Origin: a virus | Lineage: Duplodnaviria > Caudoviricetes | Strand: one strand, 5' to 3' | Length of the DNA: 64,000 nucleotides | Virus record (IMG/VR): IMGVR_UViG_3300005458_000015 | Location: 1-64,000 of that record | In this document: positions 36,488 to 45,660 of the stretch, piece after piece | Position numbering within the stretch: position 1 is the first letter of the stretch | How the letters are laid out: each line of letters begins with the position of its first letter | Made by a program: the position numbers and the translations under genes | The notes under the pieces: model-generated | Told to the model about the DNA's origin: nothing | Seen by the model: only the letters and a program-made list of their open reading frames with translations | The model's database searches: none

Positions 36488-36603
36488 TTGAGAGGCCGCT
36501 CCTGCTCGGACTGTGCATCGAGGAAGTACGCACAGGACACGATTGGAGTCGGCCTCTACCTTGCTGCTGCGCTTTCTATGTACCACACTATCCCCCACTT
36601 ATG

Positions 36604-36927
36604 TCAAGCCGACTCACACAGTGCCTCCGGCTGTGAGTCACGACGTGCCCACTGAGCGTCATTCTCTTTCCACCATCGCATCCGGTCACGACCAGTGCTT
36701 CCACCCCATACCCCATACTCTTCATGGTTGACCAATGCGTACTCCAGGCACAACTTCCTCACTGGACACCTATCGCACACAGCCTTGGCCTTGTTCGCTT
36801 CACTCATGGTGAGCATGGGCCGATGACGCTTAGATGTTGACTCGTCCTGTTCTGCCCCAAAGAACATGTCCTGGGGTAGATCCTTGCACCTAGCCTCTTG
36901 ATGCCACTCCGGCATGTGATGACTCAT
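36604..36927 (-). CDS. whiB: WhiB-family transcription factor
   Basis: W...ARC...FF...AKAVCDRCPVRKLCLEYAL...GVWGG. Confidence 0.92.
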   Translation of the reverse strand: MSHHMPEWHQEARCKDLPQDMFFGAEQDESTSKRHRPMLTMSEANKAKAVCDRCPVRKLCLEYALVNHEEYGVWGGSTGRDRMRWWKENDAQWARRDSQPEALCESA

Positions 36928-37432
36928 CGAGAAGTCCACTGCGGACTGCATCGACTCGTGCGAGAAGTCCTTGCCCGTAAAAGGCAACACAGGCGGCGTC
37001 TCGCAGGTCTTGGTCGTCTCCGCAGATCGACGCGATTTCGGGCTTGTTCTCATTGAGCCAGGTACATACACGCTGTTTGTCTGAGCCCCCATGACCGATG
37101 ACCTCCGCTTTCCAGACTGCAACGGGAACTAGGTAGACGTTCCGCTCCATCCCAGCGGAGGCTAGAGCGCCCATGAGCACACCAGCCGTACGACCGATCT
37201 TCAGTGCGGTTTGGATGTTCCGAGACTTGCCCAACAATGGTTCTTCGATGCACACCACGTTCGGCTTGAGCATGTCCACAAATGGAAAAGCCTCAGCAAA
37301 TAACCAAGCGGCTATCTGCTGAGGCTCTATGGTTTTGCTAGGTACTTGGACCTTCTTTGCTATCCCGAGGTCTGGACCTATGGCCACCATCGCTAGGCTG
37401 CGATAGGCCAGATCCACTCCCAGGCTGATCAT
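36890..37432 (-). CDS. RuvC-like Holliday junction resolvase
   Basis: 'LGVDLA', 'VCIEEP', 'WKAEVIGHGGSDK', 'QDLRDA'. Confidence 0.85.
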   Translation of the reverse strand: MISLGVDLAYRSLAMVAIGPDLGIAKKVQVPSKTIEPQQIAAWLFAEAFPFVDMLKPNVVCIEEPLLGKSRNIQTALKIGRTAGVLMGALASAGMERNVYLVPVAVWKAEVIGHGGSDKQRVCTWLNENKPEIASICGDDQDLRDAACVAFYGQGLLARVDAVRSGLLDESSHAGVASRG

Positions 37433-37523
37433 GAGCGTCTACTGTAGCCCACTGTGACGCATGTTGACATGGGCATCCATAGCACTCGGCGTGTCGTCCT
37501 TGACAACAACCAGGACAAATCAC
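37338..37523 (-). CDS. small Cys-rich protein
   Basis: CPGC...H..C..CPCQH; long overlap with RuvC lowers confidence. Confidence 0.4.
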   Translation of the reverse strand: MICPGCCQGRHAECYGCPCQHASQWATVDAHDQPGSGSGLSQPSDGGHRSRPRDSKEGPST

Positions 37524-37939
37524 TGCTCCAACCTCTCGTTCATCCTCATTTGCTCTACCGTAACAAGACGTGAGCCCAACTCAAACGAACGCTTGGTCAA
37601 CTCAAGGAATGAGCGTAATTCACCGGTACGAAATCTATAGTAAGAACTACCCTTTTCGATATCACCCTCGCGCTCACCTTCATGGATAAGCATGTCCAAC
37701 TCACAGGCCCGAGCGAAGTAGGCGTTGCTGATCTCCATCAGGGTGGCAACACCGTTGTCCAGTGGACAAGGCACTCTGCCGAGCAGGATGTCGGTGTATT
37801 CCTTGAGTTCCTTTGACAACTCATCCACACCGGGCAAGCCGTACTTGAGAGGCACATCACGAACAATGGTGCCGAACTGTCGCACCCGTTGAGGGTGCAT
37901 CCGTCTAATTCGTACGCCCTGAGTCATTGCTTGCTCCAC
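37520..37939 (-). CDS. hypothetical helical protein
   Basis: 139 aa; phage-like codon usage. Confidence 0.65.
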   Translation of the reverse strand: MEQAMTQGVRIRRMHPQRVRQFGTIVRDVPLKYGLPGVDELSKELKEYTDILLGRVPCPLDNGVATLMEISNAYFARACELDMLIHEGEREGDIEKGSSYYRFRTGELRSFLELTKRSFELGSRLVTVEQMRMNERLEQ

Positions 37940-38053
37940 AAGTGGTCAAGATTGCGTGGGCCAGATCGATTGCATCGGGGATGGCCATTGTCATGCTGAA
38001 CTCAAGATCACCGGTATTGCGGTTGGTGACTGTGAGTCGGTAGTCGCCGTCTT

Positions 38054-38866
38054 CTACCTCGTGATAGACGGTGAGTGCTTGAGCCGAATTCCATTCTTGG
38101 TCTGTGGCCATGAGCCAGTCTCCAAACAGATGTCCTTGAAGGGGCATTGCCGATAGCGGGTGCCTTCGTGATGTAGGCAGTCATCAAGAATCTTGGGCAA
38201 CTCACGCTCTTCACGATGATGCTTCAGGGTTTCGAGTTCACCGATGAGTTCTTGACCAAACTCGTCATCCCAATGAACCACCCACTCGCGCCATGACTGG
38301 TCGTCTTTGCACTCGTAGATGAGAGACCAAGTGTTGATCCCTGTAGCCAGCATGTAGGAATGAATCTGGAGAAGGTGCTTGACCTCTGGACCATCCTCGC
38401 ACGCCCTGCGGAAGCCACGGCTATTAATTGACTTAAGTTCCCAACCTGCTCTAGCAACAGTTGGATTGAGGATGCCGTCAATGGTTCCAGTGACTTGATA
38501 GTCATCGATTCGGCAAGGAACCTCGACCTGGGCAAGCCAGCCAGCGTCAAGACCCATCGCTTGCCATTTGAGATGAGTCCACGAACCATGTATGAAGGTC
38601 GCCGCCTGATCCGAGGTATATGACTTATCTCCCCGTGTTCCCAGGTAGCCGAACAACTGTTGGCGAAGACATCCACCACGCCCAGAAGCAGAAAAGGTGA
38701 ATCGGCGGTCACGGTCACCTTCTTGCAGTTGCGACACCACAAACCGTAGCGTCTCTTCGCTGAGTACCACGTCTCCTTGTGATCGCTTGAGGTACTGCTC
38801 ATGAAGTGGACTCACCAACAGCCCGCGCTGTAAGTCTTTCAGCATCCTGTTGAGAGCCACGTCCAT
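38054..38866 (-). CDS. Cas4-like PD-(D/E)xK exonuclease
   Basis: 'FSASGRGGCLRQ', 'GTIDG', 'WELKS', 'QIHSY', C-terminal 'C...RYRQCPFKDIC'. Confidence 0.85.
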   Translation of the reverse strand: MDVALNRMLKDLQRGLLVSPLHEQYLKRSQGDVVLSEETLRFVVSQLQEGDRDRRFTFSASGRGGCLRQQLFGYLGTRGDKSYTSDQAATFIHGSWTHLKWQAMGLDAGWLAQVEVPCRIDDYQVTGTIDGILNPTVARAGWELKSINSRGFRRACEDGPEVKHLLQIHSYMLATGINTWSLIYECKDDQSWREWVVHWDDEFGQELIGELETLKHHREERELPKILDDCLHHEGTRYRQCPFKDICLETGSWPQTKNGIRLKHSPSITR

Positions 38867-39254
38867 ACCTCTTTGCTAGATACTCATCTGGGCCTGTGTA
38901 GACCGGGATGTTGAGAAACCTGTCCCATGTCACATTGCCTTCTATCAGTAGCCCTGTGTCATAGGCCACAGCACCATCAGCACTGCGATGACAGTCAGAA
39001 CAAAGATGAATGAGATGGTAAGTCTCTCCCACTTTGTCAAGATTGCTACCGCCTCTACCCTTGGTCAGCAGATGATGGATCTCTGTCGCCATGTTGGGGC
39101 AGCGATACGGGTGTCCGTTGTCAATTGAAACGAACGCCTCACACCGCCCCAACGAACGGCGGAGAATTGCTCTACGGAGCGGTAGATCCACTATCTTCCT
39201 CAATCGGCTCAACCTCAATGTTGAACCCATAGGCGTAATAGAACGGGTTGCCAC
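38799..39254 (-). CDS. HNH endonuclease
   Basis: 'RCEA...RC...TEIHH...GRGG...LIHLCSDCH'; true start probably near 39190. Confidence 0.75.
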   Translation of the reverse strand: MATRSITPMGSTLRLSRLRKIVDLPLRRAILRRSLGRCEAFVSIDNGHPYRCPNMATEIHHLLTKGRGGSNLDKVGETYHLIHLCSDCHRSADGAVAYDTGLLIEGNVTWDRFLNIPVYTGPDEYLAKRYGRGSQQDAERLTARAVGESTS

Positions 39255-39630
39255 AGGTCCAATCTACGGTGAGTTCCAGCACATCACCCATATCTGCATA
39301 GATATGCCAAGTGGTGTACTCACCTGTAGTCCCCACACCAGTGATGATGTGGTCAACCTTGTCCGGGTGTAGCAGGAACTCTCTTACATCGGTGTAGGCA
39401 CAGCAATCACCCTCACCACGCAAGAACACACGGTGACCATTGTCCAAAGTGATGATCGTGGTTGATTCACCACCGTAGAGACCGTGGTAACCATTCTGGT
39501 CAGAGCCTTTGTCAACACTGACGATGCGATGGCCAACTACTGCTTCTTCCAACGCTTTCTTGCTTTCGACCATCGTGCCGTCATCAGCGTCTTCAGGAAG
39601 AACTTCCTCGGGGTACTTCGTCTCTACCAC
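39172..39630 (-). CDS. hypothetical protein (actinophage-type)
   Basis: 'VVGHRIVSV...TLDNG..V.L...GDCCAYT...GN.FYYAYGFNIEV'. Confidence 0.7.
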   Translation of the reverse strand: MVETKYPEEVLPEDADDGTMVESKKALEEAVVGHRIVSVDKGSDQNGYHGLYGGESTTIITLDNGHRVFLRGEGDCCAYTDVREFLLHPDKVDHIITGVGTTGEYTTWHIYADMGDVLELTVDWTCGNPFYYAYGFNIEVEPIEEDSGSTAP

Positions 39631-39645
39631 AGTGTCAACTGCCCA

Positions 39646-42396
39646 TCACACTCGGGCTGCTTCGTCGCCCAACTCCCCGAGGGCTCCTGCTTCAAGGAGT
39701 TTGCCCAGGTGTCCGTTGAGGGTTCGATCTTTAGCCCAAGACTTTCCTCCGTTGACACGTCTTGCCATGCATCGTTTGAGGATATCGTCCACGGAATCGT
39801 ACGGTGCATTTGCTGCCAACTCCTCTGCTGTTCTCGTGCCAATGCCCTTGATGGACACCAGACCACGACGTACTGCGTTTTTGCTTCGATCGATGGAGTA
39901 AGAGCGCCCACTGATGTTCACATGTGGGCGAAGAATCCTGATACCCATCTTGCGAACCGCGCTGACGTATTTGGCTTCCTTCTCCGTCCCTTCGGACGTA
40001 GCGAGAAGCGCAGTCGCAAACTCAAGCGGATGATGGGTCTTGAGATAAGCACAACGATAAGCAAGTAGACCGTAAGTGGTCGCGTGCGCCCGTTTGAAGC
40101 CGTACTTAGCGAATCCTTCAATAGCATCCCATAGGAAATTGAAGTCCTCATCACAGAGGTCGTGGCTTCGTCCCAAATCGCTAACGTAGGAGTGATACCC
40201 AGCAATTGTGGCTGCGGCTTTCTCAATCTCCGACTTCTGCGATGCTTTAACTGCCTTGAGCATGTCAGTGAGCGAGTCAGGGTCCATGCCCAAGTCACGA
40301 AGGATGGCGATGACTTGCTCCTGGAAGATAGGAATGCCATACGTCTCCTTCAAATGCTTCATCAAGATGGGATGGCGCTGTGGTTGCTTCTCCTGACCAC
40401 GTCTACGTCGGAGATACAGCTCCTTGGCTGCATTGGATACACCGGGCCGATAGAGCGCCATCAGCACAATGATGTCCTTCAGACTTCGGACTCCGAGTTC
40501 TCGACAGCCACGCTGAGCAGTCCAGCCTTCCAGTTGGAACACTCCATCCGTGGCACCGTTCCGGCACGTAGTGAATGTCCTGGTGTCATCAAGGGGAATC
40601 CAGTCCAGCCCTTCTCCGACATCTCGTCCCAATAAGGAAGAGCACTGCCGCAGAAGGGACAAGGTACGTAGACCAAGGACATCTAGTTTCACCAACCCAA
40701 GCGCTTCAACGTCATCATCGTTGAACTGTGAGACGTAGTGGTAGGACTTGCCCTGGTCTTCCAAGATGATCATCTTCGGCACCAGCCGGTCGATGTCGTC
40801 CTGTGATGAAGTGACGATAACTCCGGCTGCATGGGTGCCGTAGTGATTGAACACCCTACGTTCGCTCAGAGCCAACAACTGACCACGAATCGGCTCAGGG
40901 ATGTCATGGATGCCCTTGATTGCATCCAACTCTTCCTTGGGCACGCCTCGGGCTCGGGCGATCTTCTTATAGGCGACGATGAGCGAGCCTCGGCCCACAC
41001 CCTCGCTCTTCTCATCGGTGTTGATCTGGTAGGTCGAGTAGTTGCCGATCTGCTGCACGTTGAAGCGAGTCTGGAGCCACTCCATCAGGTCGCCCCGACG
41101 AGTGTCCTCAACATCAAGATCAACATCAGGTGGCTTGGCTCTGTCCCTGGCGATGAACTGCTCGAAGGTCAGACTGAACTTGATCGGGTTGATCTGAGTA
41201 ATGCCCAGCAGCCAGCACACCAGCGAGCCGGATGCCGATCCTCGGGTCTGTGTGAACACATGGTTCTTGGCACACCAGTCGGTGACCTCTTTGACCATAA
41301 GCAGATAGCCAGCAAAGCCAACATCCTCCAAAACGGACAATTCCTCAGACAGCCGTTCTTCATAGGCTTTCTGCCCAGTTAGGTTCTTGTAGTCCATTCC
41401 TTCCCGGCACAGATCACGTAAAGTGATCATGGGGTCAGGGACGGTGACCGGGATGTTGAAGGCGTAGTTATCCAGTTCGGGGATGGCTAGGTCGTGGAGG
41501 TCCCGTAGATGTCGGAAACCGTTCTCCGCCTCTTCCCAATGCCGGTGCTGATGGTGTGCACGCACCCACTCAGTGCCAGCGAGATGGTAGGAGTCACCTG
41601 GAAAGACAGCATCATCAGGGTCAGGGCCGAAGGAAACGGCACGCTTCAAGGCTTCATGCACAGGCTTATCCGTGGCCTCGCAATAGTGGGCGTCCTGAGC
41701 GATAAGGACGGGCAAACCGAGTTCTTGTGCGAGTGCGAACAATGCACTTGTGATGTCGTCCTCACTCCAAGACTCAGTTCGCTCGATCTTGTGGTTCTGG
41801 AGTTCAACGAATGTGTTGGGGACGAGCCGTGCATACCGTTCGAGGACATACCGAGCCGCTTGCTCGCCCTCGTTGATGAGAGTCTGAGTAAGCAGCCCGA
41901 AATAGCAGCCCGTGGTGATGGCCAAACCGTTCGTCCAGCCGTGCTCATTCCATTCAGCAAGGTCGGTAAAATCGACCAACGGTTTGAAGTGGAAGTGTTC
42001 CCGAGTATGCGAGAGGCTGCCGAGTCGAACAAGCGCTTCATACCCCGCGCTCGTGAAGGCAAGTAAGCCGGTGTGATAGCGCTTGGTCTTATTGGCTATG
42101 TGCCGTTCTCTGTCCTGCACGAAGTAGAGTTCCACGCCTGGATATGGCGCTATACCGGCCTTCTTGCACTCCTTATACAACTGCACCAGACCACCCATCG
42201 CCCCATGGTCTGTCAGTGCAAGAGCATCTTGGCCATTGGCTACAACCGTCTTGACCATATCTCCCACAGTGGGAAGAGCGTCATTGACGGAGTACATGCT
42301 GTGTGCATGGACATGGAAGAAAGAGGAGGGTTGACGCTTCGGCAGTTTGATACCTGACGGCTTCCCAACCGGTCGGATACGAATGCCTTGCATCAA
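39646..42396 (-). CDS. dnaE: DNA polymerase III alpha subunit (PHP + polymerase + HhH)
   Basis: 'HVHAHSMYSVND', 'ALTDHG', 'RGSASGSLV', 'PDVDLD', 'HAAGV', 'KLDVLGL', 'YGFKRAHATTYG'. Confidence 0.95.
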   Translation of the reverse strand: MMQGIRIRPVGKPSGIKLPKRQPSSFFHVHAHSMYSVNDALPTVGDMVKTVVANGQDALALTDHGAMGGLVQLYKECKKAGIAPYPGVELYFVQDRERHIANKTKRYHTGLLAFTSAGYEALVRLGSLSHTREHFHFKPLVDFTDLAEWNEHGWTNGLAITTGCYFGLLTQTLINEGEQAARYVLERYARLVPNTFVELQNHKIERTESWSEDDITSALFALAQELGLPVLIAQDAHYCEATDKPVHEALKRAVSFGPDPDDAVFPGDSYHLAGTEWVRAHHQHRHWEEAENGFRHLRDLHDLAIPELDNYAFNIPVTVPDPMITLRDLCREGMDYKNLTGQKAYEERLSEELSVLEDVGFAGYLLMVKEVTDWCAKNHVFTQTRGSASGSLVCWLLGITQINPIKFSLTFEQFIARDRAKPPDVDLDVEDTRRGDLMEWLQTRFNVQQIGNYSTYQINTDEKSEGVGRGSLIVAYKKIARARGVPKEELDAIKGIHDIPEPIRGQLLALSERRVFNHYGTHAAGVIVTSSQDDIDRLVPKMIILEDQGKSYHYVSQFNDDDVEALGLVKLDVLGLRTLSLLRQCSSLLGRDVGEGLDWIPLDDTRTFTTCRNGATDGVFQLEGWTAQRGCRELGVRSLKDIIVLMALYRPGVSNAAKELYLRRRRGQEKQPQRHPILMKHLKETYGIPIFQEQVIAILRDLGMDPDSLTDMLKAVKASQKSEIEKAAATIAGYHSYVSDLGRSHDLCDEDFNFLWDAIEGFAKYGFKRAHATTYGLLAYRCAYLKTHHPLEFATALLATSEGTEKEAKYVSAVRKMGIRILRPHVNISGRSYSIDRSKNAVRRGLVSIKGIGTRTAEELAANAPYDSVDDILKRCMARRVNGGKSWAKDRTLNGHLGKLLEAGALGELGDEAARV

Positions 42397-42409
42397 CCCT
42401 CCTCAGCCT

Positions 42410-42688
42410 CTATGCGTCTACGCCGAACTCAGACAACAGCCAGTCCAACAGGTCCTGAGCGTTGTTCTGAGCCTCGGGAGGCGCTTGCAGATCGTTGTCC
42501 TTGATGAACTTCTGCAAGTCATCCAGGTCCATCTTCTGCAACTCTTCGATGGAAATAAAGTCCCCATCATCCGAAGACATCTGGCCATTGCTGGCCCCAG
42601 AGAGGTCCTCGGTCGGATGCAACTCCACTACGGGTACCACTGTTACTGGCCCGCTTTCCACCGTGCTCGGTTCGGGCTGCTCCGGCAC
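42410..42688 (-). CDS. small acidic protein with a Rho-N/HeH-like helical domain
   Basis: 'EELQKMDLDDLQKFIKDNDL...LLDWLL'. Confidence 0.5.
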   Translation of the reverse strand: MPEQPEPSTVESGPVTVVPVVELHPTEDLSGASNGQMSSDDGDFISIEELQKMDLDDLQKFIKDNDLQAPPEAQNNAQDLLDWLLSEFGVDA

Positions 42689-42693
42689 GGTGG

Positions 42694-43284
42694 TCAGAAA
42701 TCCGGCTTAGCCTCAGCCACCTTCGCCTTCTCGATATCAGCACGATCTGCAAGTTGGTCAACATAATCGGTGCCGAATGCCTCCGCGAAGGACTCGGTCA
42801 GCAACGGCTCGGGGTCGATCAACTCATAACGAGAGAGATCCACCGACGTCTTGTCCTCAGCCTCAACGTCATAGGTGGTGTCCAGGCCCTTACCAGTACG
42901 GATCAGAGTCATGTCACGGTCCAGCAGCGTGCCACCGTTACGGTCGCACTTGTTGGTGACCCGGTTGGCCAGGTCCACCGGCATCTTCAGGCAGATGACC
43001 TTCCCTTCCTTGACGTCCACCACCGAAGCGGCATACCGACGAGAAGACTTCTTCAACTTCTCCGAGTCGCTGTTGCAGCCTGGGCAGGTGTCGTCCTGCG
43101 TGCAGGGGAAGAACTTGGTTTCATCGCTGTAGTGCTCGCGGAACTTGTACCAGTCCTCCGGGTTCTGGAGGAAACGGACCCGAAGGTCCTTACCGTCCTG
43201 CACGTTCTTCATGAAGTTCCCTTGGCCTGACGACCGCTTGATGTCCTCACGGACCTTGTCGCCAGCCTTGCTGCCAAACGCCAT
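42694..43284 (-). CDS. ssDNA-binding protein (gp32-like)
   Basis: 'LRVRFL...HY...FFPC...CPGC', 'RDMTLIRTGKGLDTTYDV'; replication context. Confidence 0.7.
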   Translation of the reverse strand: MAFGSKAGDKVREDIKRSSGQGNFMKNVQDGKDLRVRFLQNPEDWYKFREHYSDETKFFPCTQDDTCPGCNSDSEKLKKSSRRYAASVVDVKEGKVICLKMPVDLANRVTNKCDRNGGTLLDRDMTLIRTGKGLDTTYDVEAEDKTSVDLSRYELIDPEPLLTESFAEAFGTDYVDQLADRADIEKAKVAEAKPDF

Positions 43285-43302
43285 CTTCGGCTCCTTGTGG
43301 TC

Positions 43303-43689
43303 TTAGACCTTATGGTTGATCGGATAGAGAACTCGCCTGCCGTTCAGGTATTGCCGTAGTGCTTCAACATCTTCATCGGTGTAGAGGTTGATCTCGATGT
43401 CACCGAACGGCACCTTCAATGAAGGAGCGACACCTTCTCCACACACCTGCTTCTTGGCGTACTTGCGGATCGCTTGGACACTCACCCCCAATACCTTTGC
43501 TGCCTCACTCGCCAAGTAGAACTTGCGGTTGTGGTCACGCTCTAGTTCGCGCACCCACTTGGTTACGGGTGAGAGCCGACCCACACCATCCTCTGCCGTA
43601 GTGCGAACCACGTTGCCCTTCAACTCCCTCAGAAACAGTCGGCGTGCCTGGTCCGCAGCAGCAGGCACATCCCCCGGCCACTCACTCAT
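43303..43689 (-). CDS. MerR-like HTH DNA-binding protein
   Basis: 'YLASEAAKVLGVSVQAIRKY...LYTDEDVEAL'. Confidence 0.75.
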   Translation of the reverse strand: MSEWPGDVPAAADQARRLFLRELKGNVVRTTAEDGVGRLSPVTKWVRELERDHNRKFYLASEAAKVLGVSVQAIRKYAKKQVCGEGVAPSLKVPFGDIEINLYTDEDVEALRQYLNGRRVLYPINHKV

Positions 43690-44098
43690 CCGAGAGGACA
43701 GCCGAGAAACGCAAATGGGCCTTGCTGGGGACCACAGAAGCATGTTGGGCAACCACGTTGATGTCGATCTCGCCCTCGTCCACGGCCTTCTCCAACTTGA
43801 CCTTGTCGAGAGTCTTCTTCGTGATCTTGTTCCACAACGATGCTCCGAGTGCCTTAGCAAGGCCTTTCTCGTCGTACCGAGTCAGGGAGCGTTCAACAAC
43901 AGTGACCTTGGTCTTGCCGTCTGTGAGCGTCTTGCGCCCCAGCGCTTCCATCTCCTTGATGAAGCGCTCTTGCTCATCCTCGTAGCGCTTCTGCGCAGCC
44001 TCAGCCTGAGTCTTGAGACTGTGCACCAAGAGAATGCCTCTGGACAGCATCTCAGCGTCTTGATCACGCTTGACGATCTTGATCCCACTCACTGACAT
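43682..44098 (-). CDS. hypothetical protein (coiled coil + 'KTLDKVKLEKAV'; Gam/gp157-like pattern)
   Basis: 138 aa; preceded by its own promoter. Confidence 0.55.
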   Translation of the reverse strand: MSVSGIKIVKRDQDAEMLSRGILLVHSLKTQAEAAQKRYEDEQERFIKEMEALGRKTLTDGKTKVTVVERSLTRYDEKGLAKALGASLWNKITKKTLDKVKLEKAVDEGEIDINVVAQHASVVPSKAHLRFSAVLSDE

Positions 44099-44130
44099 CG
44101 ACTCTGCTCCATTCCCCTGTACTGCTGGCC

Positions 44131-44158
44131 ACACTACACCACTGCTAGTCCAAGTCAA
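44131..44158 (-). promoter_or_regulatory. sigma70-type promoter
   Basis: TTGACT-16-(TG)TAGTGT inside the 3' end of primase. Confidence 0.5.
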
Positions 44159-45044
44159 CCGACTCGCCAATGAGAGTTCTACGCCCTACCACCGACAGTT
44201 CTGCAACGTCCTTTTCCACTGCGGAGTTCCAGACCACAGTGGCCAGATTCAGTCCACAGAGATCGTCACGCTGCCGGACATCGCAGAGAAGGTCTGACCC
44301 GGCTTCGTCGTTGTCGAAAGCGCATACCAACCGCTTCGGTTGGAGACGGCGGAGGAGGCTTGCTTGCATCGCTGACAAGTGGCCCCCGAAGATGGCCAAG
44401 GCGAAGATTCCGGCGTCGTAGAGCGCCACAGCGTCCAGAGCACCTTCCACCAAGACAATCTGCTCTTGGCCGTACGTTGCTTCGTGATAACGGAAGAGCA
44501 GTTGATGCACGTCAATACCCTTGGGGTATACGTACTTCGGTTTGCCTCCGTCCAGCCTGCGACGAACCACACCCAGCACGCTGCCATCGAGGTCACGTAG
44601 GGGATACGTGAGGCAATTCGTCTCATAGTCGTAACCCAATACGAAGTGGTCGATGGCGTCTTGGGAGAAGCCACGTTTGACCCACTCAGGATGAGCGTCC
44701 CGTTGTTGGTAAATACGTAGCCAGGACTCTGGTTTCGCATGATGGACGCCATCTTCTTGTAAACGATCGAGTTCTCGTTCGACGTCCTTGAGAAATTCTG
44801 AAACGCTTGGCTCAGCGATTGGAACGCCATTGAGGAGTTGAATAACACTCCCGCCTCGCCCGCATGAATAACAGACCCAGAGGCCTTTACGGACGTTGAC
44901 GCTGGCACTAGGGGAATTACGATTGTCGTGCTCGGGAGAGAAGCAGAAGCACTGCCACTCGTCTCCGGGTTGTTCTCTAACTCCGAGGACATCTCGGATC
45001 GCCTCCTTTAGGTTCACTTCAAGTGTGAGTTGTAGAGCACCCAA
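44145..45044 (-). CDS. DNA primase (CHC2 Zn finger + TOPRIM)
   Basis: 'CFCFSPEHDN..PS.SVN..KG.W.CYSCG.GG', 'LVEGALDA', 'AFDNDEAG'. Confidence 0.92.
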   Translation of the reverse strand: MGALQLTLEVNLKEAIRDVLGVREQPGDEWQCFCFSPEHDNRNSPSASVNVRKGLWVCYSCGRGGSVIQLLNGVPIAEPSVSEFLKDVERELDRLQEDGVHHAKPESWLRIYQQRDAHPEWVKRGFSQDAIDHFVLGYDYETNCLTYPLRDLDGSVLGVVRRRLDGGKPKYVYPKGIDVHQLLFRYHEATYGQEQIVLVEGALDAVALYDAGIFALAIFGGHLSAMQASLLRRLQPKRLVCAFDNDEAGSDLLCDVRQRDDLCGLNLATVVWNSAVEKDVAELSVVGRRTLIGESVDLD

Positions 45045-45199
45045 TGGTCGTTGGGCACGGTGACATCGAGGGAACGGTTAGCCTTCCAGCCACAGTTACA
45101 ACTCACCGCGATACCACTGCCAGCACCAACACCACTGTTAGCAACATTGAGCACGATCTGATGAGGCAACTTTTCATCCCGCATAGTGATCTTCCTCAT
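45014..45199 (-). CDS. small hypothetical protein
   Basis: 'H...VSCNCGW...W..H'; ATGA-coupled. Confidence 0.55.
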   Translation of the reverse strand: MRKITMRDEKLPHQIVLNVANSGVGAGSGIAVSCNCGWKANRSLDVTVPNDHWVLYNSHLK

Positions 45200-45660
45200 G
45201 CTGCTTCCTCCTGCTCACACAACTTGCGCGGGATGTCAGACTCGATGCGCAACCGGTAGACCTCTTTGGCTCTTGCATTCCACTTCTCGTAGACCTTCCA
45301 CTCCATCAGGAAAGTAGGGTCATCGAGTTGCTCTTGCACCCGCTGCACATATCGCTGAGCAAGATTGATGTCGTTGTGCTCATAAAGAGTGTGAAACGAA
45401 TAGGCACCATTGCCTTGTGGTACACACCGGAAGTCGTCACCTTCATTGACAGGTCCGGCTAGTTGGTACTTCTCGTTTCTGACATCTCTACCGTAGATAC
45501 TGCGCTTCAGTCGTCTCTGTTCGTTGTATTCGAGTTCATACTTCCTCTTCGAACTCGCCTTCCCTTGCTTTGATGATTTCGGCTTGTTCTCTACTGATTT
45601 CCTCGAAATCTCCAATGTTTGGGTAGAACTTCGAGAACCAGATGTCGCCGGATTGTCCAT
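45196..45660 (-). CDS. hypothetical protein
   Basis: ORF track; start uncertain (125-nt overlap with the helicase). Confidence 0.45.
   Translation of the reverse strand: MDNPATSGSRSSTQTLEISRKSVENKPKSSKQGKASSKRKYELEYNEQRRLKRSIYGRDVRNEKYQLAGPVNEGDDFRCVPQGNGAYSFHTLYEHNDINLAQRYVQRVQEQLDDPTFLMEWKVYEKWNARAKEVYRLRIESDIPRKLCEQEEAA

Noticed and set aside
38054-38866. Cas4-like gene as evidence of a CRISPR system
   Set aside because: No repeat-spacer array or other cas genes in the window; solo Cas4-like exonucleases are routine in phage replication modules.
39646-42396. Intein or split in DnaE (also checked terminase and helicase)
   Set aside because: Lengths are normal or short and no C..HN-type splice motifs were seen.
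45196-45660. Programmed frameshift fusing DnaB to the downstream ORF
   Set aside because: It would need a +1 shift and no slippery site is visible; an overlapping start is the simpler explanation.
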